A stretch of DNA of 64,000 nucleotides from Candidatus Omnitrophota bacterium (GTDB taxonomy: Bacteria; Omnitrophota; Gorgyraeia; Zapsychrales; Zapsychraceae), in contig JAJDCB010000011.1 of NCBI GenBank assembly GCA_029261065.1, positions 175,168-239,167 on the forward strand, given 5' to 3'. Every line of letters begins with the position of its first letter. Position 1 is the stretch's first letter. Positions 19,531 through 28,805 of the stretch are shown one piece after another. The notes under the pieces are model-generated. The model had not been told where the DNA came from. It did not search any database and saw only the letters and a program-made list of their open reading frames with translations. The position numbers and the translations under genes were made by a program.

Positions 19531-20460
19531 ATGAAAATAAAAAACACCAAAATTGAAATTATCCAAGGCGACATCACCGACCTACACGTTGATGCCATCG
19601 TTAATCCCGCGCAACCCTCCCTTGTGATGGACGCTGGTCTTGCAGGTGTCATCAAAGGTAAGGCTGGTAAAATTGTCGCCGATGAGGCCGCAGAGAAGGG
19701 GCCCGTTGATGTGGGAGCATCAGTTTTTACAAACGCAGGACAACTTAATGCTAATTTTGTGATTCATGCGGTTACCGTTGATGAGAGTTCCAAAATAAAT
19801 GAACATCAAGTGCGTGCAGCTGTTCGTTCGGCCCTTGAGTGTGCCCAAGAGTTAAAGGTCGCTCGATTAGCGTTACCTGCTATAGGATGTGGTGCTGGTG
19901 GATTTCCTTTTGTGGGATCAGCTAAGATTATGGTTCAGGAAATATTAAAGTTTTGTCGAAAAGACGATGTCGCGCTGACTGAAATTATATTTTGCTTAAA
20001 TGATCAAGAAACATTTGAGATATTCGATAAGCAGGTGCGCGGTTACATAACTCATATCCAAGAAGAGCTTGGTCCTGGGCCTTATGTCACAGTCGATATT
20101 ATCATCGAATTAGAAGAGGGGCTTGTTATTATCGAAAGATCCAATCCTCCTTATGGATATGCTTTACCTGGTGGTTTTCTCGATCGTGGGGAAAGTCTTG
20201 AACAAGCAGCGTGTCGGGAGGCCAAAGAAGAGACGAATATGGATCTTAAAAATTTGAGACAGTTTCATACCTACTCAGATCCCAATCGTGATCCCCGATT
20301 TCACACCATTTCCACCGTTTTTATTGCTAAGGGCGAGGGAACCCCTCAATTTGGCGATGATGCAAAGGGGCTAAAAGTTGTTCCCTACGCTGAACTTCTC
20401 ATTCAAACCTACGCTTTTGACCACAAATCCGTTATTCAAGATTATTTAAATCAGAGATAA
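19531..20460 (+). CDS. Macro domain (ADP-ribose/O-acetyl-ADP-ribose processing) :: NUDIX hydrolase fusion protein
   Basis: N-terminal macro motifs IEIIQGDITDLHVDAIVNPAQ...GCGAGGFP. C-terminal Nudix box GFLDRGESLEQAACREAKEETN. The start was moved to 19531 because the upstream 22 codons lie inside the repeat element. Confidence 0.8.
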   Translation: MKIKNTKIEIIQGDITDLHVDAIVNPAQPSLVMDAGLAGVIKGKAGKIVADEAAEKGPVDVGASVFTNAGQLNANFVIHAVTVDESSKINEHQVRAAVRSALECAQELKVARLALPAIGCGAGGFPFVGSAKIMVQEILKFCRKDDVALTEIIFCLNDQETFEIFDKQVRGYITHIQEELGPGPYVTVDIIIELEEGLVIIERSNPPYGYALPGGFLDRGESLEQAACREAKEETNMDLKNLRQFHTYSDPNRDPRFHTISTVFIAKGEGTPQFGDDAKGLKVVPYAELLIQTYAFDHKSVIQDYLNQR

Positions 20461-20518
20461 GAATTTATTTTTTTCGAATGAATTCCCTTCCAAATAAAGG
20501 AGTTGTGTAAAATTTATT

Positions 20519-20547
20519 ATTGACCAAGAAGTCATTTTAGGGTAATC
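20519..20547 (+). promoter_or_regulatory. Candidate sigma70 promoter (TTGACC-17nt-TAATCT) for paralog A
   Basis: Hexamers read directly upstream of the 20589 start. Confidence 0.3.
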
Positions 20548-20588
20548 TAATCTCTTCGATCTTAATGCAACACCTAATAAAGGTAGAA

Positions 20589-22667
20589 ATGATTAGAAAA
20601 TCCTTGGCTGGGCTATTAGCCCTTTGCGCTGTTCTTATCTTTTCAACATCCCTGTTAGCTTCTTCTCATCGAGAAGAACCTCTGATTTCCCCTTCTCTAG
20701 TCACACAAATCACACCCCAAGAAATAGAAAATTTACCTAACCCAGGCCGCAATTTTTCCGATTTTGCGAATATGACACCAAATGTTCATGTAGATGATAC
20801 GGTTGGGCAAGGGTCTGGATATGCTAATGTTGTTATTAGAAGAGAAGGCGCTGTTGGTGAATCTTTTAATCCACAGTTAGGTTCAACCCTAGGTGGTCCG
20901 CTGATAAAAGACAAATTGTGGTTTTTTGGAAATTTTTCAACGAGTCCCAGCAGTGGTATGACGCAGGCCCCAATCAGCAGCCTTCTACAAGGTGGTTTTG
21001 TCGATTTACAATTTACTGGCCGGGATAATCCTACAGGATATATTGGGGATCTCAATTTGCATAATAATACAGGCGATCTTTTCTTTGGGACGATGCCTAA
21101 TGGGACCAATCTTATCCCCAATGATCCATCCGTTCAAAGGATGTCAACGAGTGGTAATTTTGGTGGTCCTATTTTTCCTGGTTCAACATTTACTACTCCT
21201 TTAAATGGATTTTGTAACGATCACAGCTCTTTTCCTCCGCCTGCTACTTTTTCACAACCCCTTTCTTTAACAACCCCCAATGCACAGAGTTCTACAACGA
21301 TTTCAGACGATAGTTCTACGCCAAAAGTTGATCTTACGCGTTGGGCCGTTTTGCAAAGCGGTATTGATCCTTCTAAAGATTTTTATATTACGGCCGATGC
21401 CATAAACCTTTTTAACGAAGATTATGTTATTGCAAAAGTGCCTGGCATTTCTACGGATTATTTAACGGAATTAGCCACGTTACCAGATCTGTCTAACATT
21501 GTAGATACGATGATTCAGAATAATGAGATCAAACCAACGGGCTTGCCTAGTCAAATGAATAGAGACACTACCATTCAATGGAGCACGTGGTTGTTTAGAG
21601 ACAATTTTGATATTCAAAGTGGTGAGAAAAAGATAGAAGATCAAGTAGAACAGTCGGGAGGATCGCAGACATCTGAACAAATTCAAGAGTTGAATGAAAA
21701 CATATGGGGTAATATTCGTTTGGTTAACAAAAAGTTAAAAGAGAATGTTGTAGCAACAGCGCCTAAGATAGCCGATAAACCTAAGGAAGAATGTCCAAAG
21801 TCATTTCGTGAGCAAATGTTGGAACGAGAGTTAAAACAAAAAATGCGGGAAAAAGGTTTGGTTGAAGATTCTTTAGAGAGAATGAAAGGCTGGTTAGAAG
21901 AAATTAATAGCGATCCGGATTATGATGAAAAGACAAGTAAGTATTCAAAAAGCGGGTTACGTCGAGATATTGGGACGACAAAGGGTTTTCTAGATGAGAT
22001 TAATCAAGCGATTGATGATTTAACTAAGCAAATTGAAGAAGAAAGGAAAAAGGATAAATGTAAAGATAAGACGAGTTTTCGTGTTTTTGAATTTTTTGAA
22101 ATGCTTGTTGATGCGATCACACTAACAAATCCTGCTTTTGCTGATGGCGATATTGTTCTTTCGCTAGATGAAGCACGAGCGCAAGCTTTTCGAGCGATTG
22201 ATAAAGCCTTATATGTTTATACGAAGCTTCAACATCTAACGTTTGATTTAGAAAAAATTGCTGAGACTCCGTATGCTAAGAAAAAATCAAAGTTAAAAAA
22301 GAAAGTATTAAAACAGATACGTACCGAGTTAGGAGAGTTGCAGCTTTTTATGCACACATCAAAAGCTAAGTTTGATAAAACAAAGAAATTAACTGATAAG
22401 AACTTTCTTGAGGTTCGAGACATCAATGGCCATCTTTATGTGAAGGGCGGGGCGTTTGATAAATACTGGAGAAGCGTTGAATCTCGATTGGAAAAAAATT
22501 ATGCAAAGTGGGATGACGCGTATTTAAAATTGCTTGAGAGAAGTGAGCAATCTAAACGAGAAGGAAAAGATTATTTGGCTGATTTCAATCGAGATGAGGC
22601 TGAGTTTTTTAAGGTGTTTTCGAGGGTGAAGTTGTATTGGTTGGTTTTGGAAAAAATATATAATTAA
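20589..22667 (+). CDS. Large secreted protein of unknown function, paralog A (signal peptide; N-terminal beta-rich region; C-terminal K/E-rich coiled-coil region)
   Basis: Signal MIRKSLAGLLALCAVLIFSTSLLASS. It shares motif blocks (NPTGxIG, VQRMS, HPPPA, IxPTGLP, TGGSQTxEQIxxLNENxWGNxRLVxKK, C-terminal FFxVFSxVKLY) with the 22835 gene. Confidence 0.7.
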   Translation: MIRKSLAGLLALCAVLIFSTSLLASSHREEPLISPSLVTQITPQEIENLPNPGRNFSDFANMTPNVHVDDTVGQGSGYANVVIRREGAVGESFNPQLGSTLGGPLIKDKLWFFGNFSTSPSSGMTQAPISSLLQGGFVDLQFTGRDNPTGYIGDLNLHNNTGDLFFGTMPNGTNLIPNDPSVQRMSTSGNFGGPIFPGSTFTTPLNGFCNDHSSFPPPATFSQPLSLTTPNAQSSTTISDDSSTPKVDLTRWAVLQSGIDPSKDFYITADAINLFNEDYVIAKVPGISTDYLTELATLPDLSNIVDTMIQNNEIKPTGLPSQMNRDTTIQWSTWLFRDNFDIQSGEKKIEDQVEQSGGSQTSEQIQELNENIWGNIRLVNKKLKENVVATAPKIADKPKEECPKSFREQMLERELKQKMREKGLVEDSLERMKGWLEEINSDPDYDEKTSKYSKSGLRRDIGTTKGFLDEINQAIDDLTKQIEEERKKDKCKDKTSFRVFEFFEMLVDAITLTNPAFADGDIVLSLDEARAQAFRAIDKALYVYTKLQHLTFDLEKIAETPYAKKKSKLKKKVLKQIRTELGELQLFMHTSKAKFDKTKKLTDKNFLEVRDINGHLYVKGGAFDKYWRSVESRLEKNYAKWDDAYLKLLERSEQSKREGKDYLADFNRDEAEFFKVFSRVKLYWLVLEKIYN

Positions 22668-22679
22668 TATGATTATGTT

Positions 22680-22810
22680 GAGATCCCCGCTTTCGCGGGG
22701 ATGACAATATTGTTTTCTTATAGGGTGCAGCGAAATAGAAAAAGTGTCGTCCTCGCTCCATTTGTCATTCCCGCGAAAGCGGGAATCCATGGGGCGGGGA
22801 TGACACTATT
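22680..22810. repeat. Composite palindromic MITE/REP-like element (two palindromic units plus a conserved linker CGAAATAGAAA..GTGTCGTCC)
   Basis: TCCCCGCTTTCGCGGGGATGACAATATT ... CGAAATAGAAAAAGTGTCGTCC ... TGTCATTCCCGCGAAAGCGGGAAT ... GGGGATGACAC. About 95 bp are near-identical to the copy at 30858. Confidence 0.85.
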
Positions 22811-22834
22811 AATTTAAAAAAACGGGAGATACTC

Positions 22835-25153
22835 ATGCGCAAAATTTTCACAGCATTATCAATGTTTATTCTATTTACATCCCCAGTCCATGCCATGGAC
22901 GTTGTCATGACTCCAGAAGATTCTGTTGAATGTCCATCAGCGTGTCCATGCTGTGATGATATTATTCCAAATTTAAAAAACAATATGGAAGATTTCAATG
23001 AATATATTGATGACATGAAGAAATATACAGAAGAAAACTATGATTTTAAAAAGGTAAGGCAAAATCACACGGTACGTCAAGATGCGGTTAATCGATCGCA
23101 AAGTTCTGATAGAGATACATCGCGTCAAGGTCATTCCGATTATAGAGATATTGCAGAAAAATTTAAGGACAAGGAAGCTAGTATTACAGAGGATCATAAT
23201 GACATTGATGACTCCTTAGATGACATGGAGCAGATGGCCCAAGATATTATTGCAGATATTGACAAGTTAAAAAACTGTCCTTGTTGGGCTGAAGTTTTAG
23301 AATGTTGTGGAGGTGTCTTGTGTGAACGGTTTCTTTCAGATCGCGCGCAGACAGCTAAAGATTTTCTTGAGAATAAATTGCCTGATTTAAAAAAGAATAA
23401 TGGTTTAGCAAGAAACGGGGCTATGGCGGTTGTGTTAAGTTATAGTGAAGACGCCCAACGCGTTGCAAAAGATGCGATGAAAAATTTACAAAAAGGTTTT
23501 CAAGATCTTTGGAAGTTTGATCCGAGCATTGTTAAAAAGATTGGCGATTGTTGTAAAAAGGGGAAAGACGAATGTTTTGAAGATACCGTCGCTGGCGATT
23601 ATGCATTACCTTTAGATTGGTTGACAGATAGTGGATCAGCCTTAATTGATTTTACGGGTGCTAATAATCCTACAGGGGATATTGGATCTATAGCTGTAAC
23701 AAATCTTACTGGAAAGCCAATGACATTTACTGTGCCAGCAGGAAGTGTTTTAAGTACAGGAGACAACACCGTTCAGCGGATGTCTGTTACTGAGGGTATT
23801 AGAGGAACGGTTAATCCAGGTGAGACTGTTAATTTCCCAGTCCATGGCGTTTGCATGGATTCAACTCTTCACCCGCCACCAGCTTCGACAACAAGTGATA
23901 TAAGTCTCCCAGGTCTTCCTGATTTTTCAGATCTTTTTTCAGGTTTAAATTTAACTCCATCCTCTGGAAGTTTTTGGAAAGACCATGGACTTGATTCGTT
24001 GTTTGGAAATTTAGATGATTTAAAAGAAGAATATGGAGATAAATTGGGCGGCCTTTTGGTTGATGCCTTACCATTTTTTGGAGTTACACCAGACCAAATT
24101 AAACAAATACTTGAAGAGCTTGAACAAGATCAGCAAACAGATATTGATGCGCAATATGATGACATCTTGGATCATTTATGGGAAGAACTTAACACTATGG
24201 GTTTTTCCTCAGAAGTATTTGTTGATATTGCGTTAACAGAGTTCCTTGAAGATTACTTAGATGATCTTTATAAATTTGGTTTAATACCACCCACAGGTCT
24301 TCCTATAGAAACCGAACGAGAAACGCTTTTGCAATGGTTGTATTGGTCGGTCTTAGATGGGTTCGATGAAATGGATGGAGAAAATAAAATAGCGACTGAG
24401 GTAGAAGAAACGGGTGGATCTCAGACGCCTGAACAAATTGCACAATTAAATGAGAACTTGTGGGGCAATGTGCGATTGGTTAAAAAGAAAGCCAAGGAAG
24501 ATCTTACAAATGCAGCCGGCGGGAGTAACACGGGTGCTTTTAAGAGAAAACAAAATTTTTATCAACTTGTCTTAAACTGGCAAAGTGCTTTGAGCGGCTT
24601 AAAGAATATTGTTACTCTGCCGGAAGCTCACGCGCAGAAGTCTTTAAGTATAGAAGAACAGAGGGTTCAGACAGCAAATGCCATGAGACGATTTCAAACA
24701 GTGAAATCTTCTTTGATCAACTTTACATTTGATGTTGAAAATTTAGTTAAGAATGCTGTCTCAATGAAGATTGCTAAAACAAATCAATCAACAGCCGAGT
24801 TTACACGGGCTCAACTTGCTGGTTTAACTCAACAGATTAAAGCCGGTCGACCGACGGTCAACAAAGAGACCGGCATGGATCAGGCGTATTTACAAAGTGT
24901 ATATGCCCACACGCATCAGTTTGTAAAAAAAGATGGAACATTTAACAGCACATGGAAAGACATCAAAAATGATTTGGGTGGTGTTTATAAGAAATGGGAG
25001 GCTAAATATAAAAAGCTTCTTTCTAAAAGCCGTAAGTCTGTTAAGAAGGGTAATCATTATTTAGAAAAGTTGGACCGTGATGAGAGGAAATTTTTTGTTG
25101 TGTTTTCTAAAGTGAAGTTGTATACGATGATTTTGGATAGTATTTATAAATAA
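22835..25153 (+). CDS. Large secreted protein of unknown function, paralog B (Cys-rich N-terminal region)
   Basis: Signal MRKIFTALSMFILFTSPVHA; strong SD (GGGAGA). It carries about 13 Cys in its first ~250 aa, where paralog A is Cys-poor. It shares the motif blocks with paralog A. Confidence 0.75.
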   Translation: MRKIFTALSMFILFTSPVHAMDVVMTPEDSVECPSACPCCDDIIPNLKNNMEDFNEYIDDMKKYTEENYDFKKVRQNHTVRQDAVNRSQSSDRDTSRQGHSDYRDIAEKFKDKEASITEDHNDIDDSLDDMEQMAQDIIADIDKLKNCPCWAEVLECCGGVLCERFLSDRAQTAKDFLENKLPDLKKNNGLARNGAMAVVLSYSEDAQRVAKDAMKNLQKGFQDLWKFDPSIVKKIGDCCKKGKDECFEDTVAGDYALPLDWLTDSGSALIDFTGANNPTGDIGSIAVTNLTGKPMTFTVPAGSVLSTGDNTVQRMSVTEGIRGTVNPGETVNFPVHGVCMDSTLHPPPASTTSDISLPGLPDFSDLFSGLNLTPSSGSFWKDHGLDSLFGNLDDLKEEYGDKLGGLLVDALPFFGVTPDQIKQILEELEQDQQTDIDAQYDDILDHLWEELNTMGFSSEVFVDIALTEFLEDYLDDLYKFGLIPPTGLPIETERETLLQWLYWSVLDGFDEMDGENKIATEVEETGGSQTPEQIAQLNENLWGNVRLVKKKAKEDLTNAAGGSNTGAFKRKQNFYQLVLNWQSALSGLKNIVTLPEAHAQKSLSIEEQRVQTANAMRRFQTVKSSLINFTFDVENLVKNAVSMKIAKTNQSTAEFTRAQLAGLTQQIKAGRPTVNKETGMDQAYLQSVYAHTHQFVKKDGTFNSTWKDIKNDLGGVYKKWEAKYKKLLSKSRKSVKKGNHYLEKLDRDERKFFVVFSKVKLYTMILDSIYK

Positions 25154-25154
25154 A

Positions 25155-25252
25155 GTCGCACGGGTCCCCGATTAAAGCATTCGGGGATGACACGATTACG
25201 CTGTCTCCCTGTGCTTTTTAAATAATGTCGTCCCCGCGAAAGCGGGGATCCA
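25155..25252. repeat. Palindromic MITE/REP-like element copy
   Basis: GGGTCCCCG-ATTAAAGCAT-TCGGGGATGACACGATTACGCTGTC ... TGTCGTCCCCGCGAAAGCGGGGATC. Shares the TGACACGATTAC module with the 19448 copy. Confidence 0.8.
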
Positions 25253-25265
25253 GTAGGAGAAAAAA

Positions 25266-28200
25266 ATGCTAATAAGATTTCTTCTTTGTGCCGTATTTTC
25301 ATTTTTTGCGCTAACCTCAACTTCCCTCGCCGACCCCGACAGCGTCAACTGGGAAAACATCAATCTCAATTATAAAGCCCCCAAGGCCCCTGTCGAAGAT
25401 AAACAAGATGATACAACGGATAATCTAGTATCAATGCCATCTTTTGAGTATCGACCAGACTCTTTTTTAGATGCGCGCATTGATTTTGAATATTTACTGA
25501 CAGAGCAGAATGGTTTATCCCATCACAAGGATATGGTTTCTTCTACAGCGACATCAAGTCATCTAAATGCTATCAATCAAGATACCATTTTTATTGATAA
25601 TCAAATAAATGCCTTTCAGTATGATTTTGGACGTTCTTTTAATGCGACGCGAGGCGGAGCATTAACACCTATTGAACAACGGGCCTTTGCTACAAATCCT
25701 AATTCTAGTGCTTTTACAATTGATCATGTTCCTACGGGTTTACATTTTGTTACTCCGGATAATCCTTTTACAGATAATGGTTTGCGTTACAATTCGCCGA
25801 TGCTATTTGACGGTAATAATAATTTAATCAGAACTTCCAATCCGTTATTTAATGAGTTTGTTCCCCAGTCAGGGGCTTTTGGTAATCCTGGGGGAGAGTT
25901 GTTTCCGCCAGGAGGATCTTCTGGAATTTCACCTATTAGTGGTTTTGGTACACAGCCACCTGGGGCAACAACCGGTACGCCAGATTCATTTTATGTCAAT
26001 GATACATGGCAGTTAAATGATAAATGGTCTTTTAATACGGGAACACGATTTGATGATCCATCTGGTGCGCCAACGACAGGTGGGAATCAAATAGGTGGTT
26101 TTGGAACGCCGTTTCCACCATCTTTAACAGGTAGTCCTTTTGGCACGCCAGGATTACCAGGTGAGACCAACGGGATTCATGGTCCGATGATTGGGTGTGG
26201 ACGCGTGAATAACGAATGCACCTTGGTTGTCTATGATGCGTCTGGTGCGACGGTGGGAAGTGTTACGGCCGATGAATTATCTGCAGATCCCTATCGTACA
26301 ACCAATTTATTAAATCTCGCCGAGACACGCAGCCGTGATTATTTTGGTGATGATGTTTTTGGCGATTCGAATATTGATCCTATTTTTGCCGATGGATTTG
26401 AATCAGGTGATACATCCGCATGGACAGATTCAGCAGGAAGCGGATCAACAACGCCAAGAGGCAATACATCAACAGAAAATAATGTTTCTCCTGATGCTAT
26501 CTTTGCCGATGGGTTTGAATCGGGGGATACTTCTGCGTGGTCAGATTCACCAAGTGGGGGATCAACAGCGCCAAGTAATAATAATTCGAGTAATGATACA
26601 AATTCAGCTCCAGCTCCAACTCCAACAGCGCCGGATAATGCTGCAGAAATTGCAAGTTTGAAGGATCAAATTAAAGGTATGAAAAAAGGTCTAGATGCGG
26701 CACCCGCAGGAGGAGACAGTTTAGCGAATGCTATGTATGATACTCTCAAAGATAGTTTAGCGAATGCAGAAGCACGTCTGACGGAATTGCAGGGACAAAA
26801 TAATACGACACCAACACCTTCTGAAACAAATTTAAGTTCTCAGCCAGCACCACCTTTGGCGTACGAGGGGCCGTTTAGTCCAACAACAAGATTAGATGGA
26901 GAAAGCGTATATGGATTTCCAAATGCGAGTGCGGGTTCTCCTTCTTCAAGATCGCAGTTAAATTTTGACACCTCATTTACAGGCACAGATCGTTTACAGC
27001 AACATATACCGTCGGGTTACGCTCCTGGAAACGATGCGTCTTTTGGTCAATTTCAAAGGGGATCAACCCTTGAACCGTTTAACCCTTTTGCAAACAATAA
27101 TACCTTCACCGATAGCGCTAGTCAATATCCTCCAGTCAGCGACACGTTTAATCCATCTGCTATGGCAGTAACACGTCTTGGAAATTCTCCAGGAGACACA
27201 GCACATTTAGCCGGCATTCTTAACAGTACGCTCAGTTGTCGCTCTTCCGGCTATGGGCCAAATTGTTTTGACGTATTAGTAAAGTGTGAGGTTTATATTT
27301 ATGTGACGGAAGATGGAAAGGTCTACATTGTGGCTGATAAAGATAGAAAGGCCACAGACAAAACGCCGAATGATCCGTATTACTTTACTGAAGTTAAAAA
27401 GAAAAAGAAGTTGCTTGGTATTATTGGAAGTAATAAAAAGCCTAAGATTAGTATTGGTAGTAATATGAAAATCGGGAAGTCGGTACTTGGGGCAGGGAGC
27501 AGCATCTCTAAGAAAAAATCAAATATTAAAGATCAATGGGGAATCCGTGATGTTGGGTTTTTACCAACAACAGATCCTAATTCTGCTTGGAATTTAGTGG
27601 ATTCAGAAAAACGCAATGTAACCATCGCCATGATTGATTCCGGTCTTGATATGGAACATCCGGATGGACCCAAATATATTTGGAAAAACGAAGGGGAAAT
27701 TCCAGGCAATGGCATTGATGATGATAACAACGGTTATATCGATGATGTTAATGGTTGGAATTTTTTGGATAATAATAATGATCTAACCGACTATAGAGGC
27801 CATGGGACGTTTACCACCGGTATCGTTGCCGCTAAACGTAACAATGGTATTGGGATTGCAGGAATAAATCCAGGCGCTGTCATTATGCCGCTTAAGGTTA
27901 CGGATGATGAGGGTTTAAGCAATAGCATTAATATTTTTCGTGCTGTGAAGTATGCTGTTGATAATGGTGCGAAGATCATCAATATTTCTATCGCAGGCAA
28001 AGAGTTATCAAAAATTTTACAGCTCGCTTTTAATTATGCGCATCGTAAAAATGTGTTAGTTGTTGTTGCTAGTGGAAATGAAGGTGAGTCTCTTGAGGAT
28101 TATGGGCCTGGTGGAGCACAACACGTTATGGCAATTGGGGCTGTTGATTATGGCGGAACGCATAGTGTTATTTCAAGTTGGGGACCGAATAATGCTTTAT

Positions 28201-28793
28201 TAGCTCCAGGTGAAGAAATTTTTTCACTGGCTTCAAAGGATGCGAAAAAGATTTTGCCATCATTACGTAAAGCGGGGATTTATTCTCAATCCGGAACATC
28301 TTATTCGGCACCCATGGTTGCTGCAACAGCATCATTGTTGTTAACGAAATATCCTCATCTAACAAGTGGACAGCTTGAAGATATTATTGTGAGTACATCC
28401 GTAGATATGGGAGAAGAAGGTTGGGATGATAAGAATGGGGCTGGTTTATTGAATGCTGCAGCAGCACTACAATTTAATCAGGATGAGATTCTTCATGTGA
28501 AGTTTAATAAGATTAAAATTAATAAAAACGAAAAGGGAAAGCTTCTGAATGTTGATGTGTTTGCCACCGTGCAAGGAAATATTGAGGAGTTTAGTGTTGA
28601 GGCGGGTAAGAAAAAGATCGCTAAGAAATTTAAGACGGTAGCAGGTCCTTTTAAAGTTCATGCAGATAATAGTTGGGTGGCTCGCATTGATGCAAAGGAT
28701 TTAAAAGGGAATAAAAATTGGACCATTCGTTTAAATGCGTTACACAAAGATGGAACAACAAAAACAGCAAAATCTATCATAACTCTTAATTAA
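25266..28793 (+). CDS. Secreted S8 family (subtilisin-like) serine peptidase with a ~700-aa low-complexity G/P/T/S/N-rich N-terminal extension and a C-terminal accessory domain
   Basis: Catalytic triad contexts IAMIDSGLD (Asp), HGTFTTGIVAA (His) and GTSYSAPMVAATASLL (Ser). Signal peptide; strong SD. Tandem IFADGFESGDTSAW(T/S)DS repeats in the extension. Confidence 0.85.
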   Translation: MLIRFLLCAVFSFFALTSTSLADPDSVNWENINLNYKAPKAPVEDKQDDTTDNLVSMPSFEYRPDSFLDARIDFEYLLTEQNGLSHHKDMVSSTATSSHLNAINQDTIFIDNQINAFQYDFGRSFNATRGGALTPIEQRAFATNPNSSAFTIDHVPTGLHFVTPDNPFTDNGLRYNSPMLFDGNNNLIRTSNPLFNEFVPQSGAFGNPGGELFPPGGSSGISPISGFGTQPPGATTGTPDSFYVNDTWQLNDKWSFNTGTRFDDPSGAPTTGGNQIGGFGTPFPPSLTGSPFGTPGLPGETNGIHGPMIGCGRVNNECTLVVYDASGATVGSVTADELSADPYRTTNLLNLAETRSRDYFGDDVFGDSNIDPIFADGFESGDTSAWTDSAGSGSTTPRGNTSTENNVSPDAIFADGFESGDTSAWSDSPSGGSTAPSNNNSSNDTNSAPAPTPTAPDNAAEIASLKDQIKGMKKGLDAAPAGGDSLANAMYDTLKDSLANAEARLTELQGQNNTTPTPSETNLSSQPAPPLAYEGPFSPTTRLDGESVYGFPNASAGSPSSRSQLNFDTSFTGTDRLQQHIPSGYAPGNDASFGQFQRGSTLEPFNPFANNNTFTDSASQYPPVSDTFNPSAMAVTRLGNSPGDTAHLAGILNSTLSCRSSGYGPNCFDVLVKCEVYIYVTEDGKVYIVADKDRKATDKTPNDPYYFTEVKKKKKLLGIIGSNKKPKISIGSNMKIGKSVLGAGSSISKKKSNIKDQWGIRDVGFLPTTDPNSAWNLVDSEKRNVTIAMIDSGLDMEHPDGPKYIWKNEGEIPGNGIDDDNNGYIDDVNGWNFLDNNNDLTDYRGHGTFTTGIVAAKRNNGIGIAGINPGAVIMPLKVTDDEGLSNSINIFRAVKYAVDNGAKIINISIAGKELSKILQLAFNYAHRKNVLVVVASGNEGESLEDYGPGGAQHVMAIGAVDYGGTHSVISSWGPNNALLAPGEEIFSLASKDAKKILPSLRKAGIYSQSGTSYSAPMVAATASLLLTKYPHLTSGQLEDIIVSTSVDMGEEGWDDKNGAGLLNAAAALQFNQDEILHVKFNKIKINKNEKGKLLNVDVFATVQGNIEEFSVEAGKKKIAKKFKTVAGPFKVHADNSWVARIDAKDLKGNKNWTIRLNALHKDGTTKTAKSIITLN

Positions 28794-28805
28794 GAGGAGA
28801 AAAAC

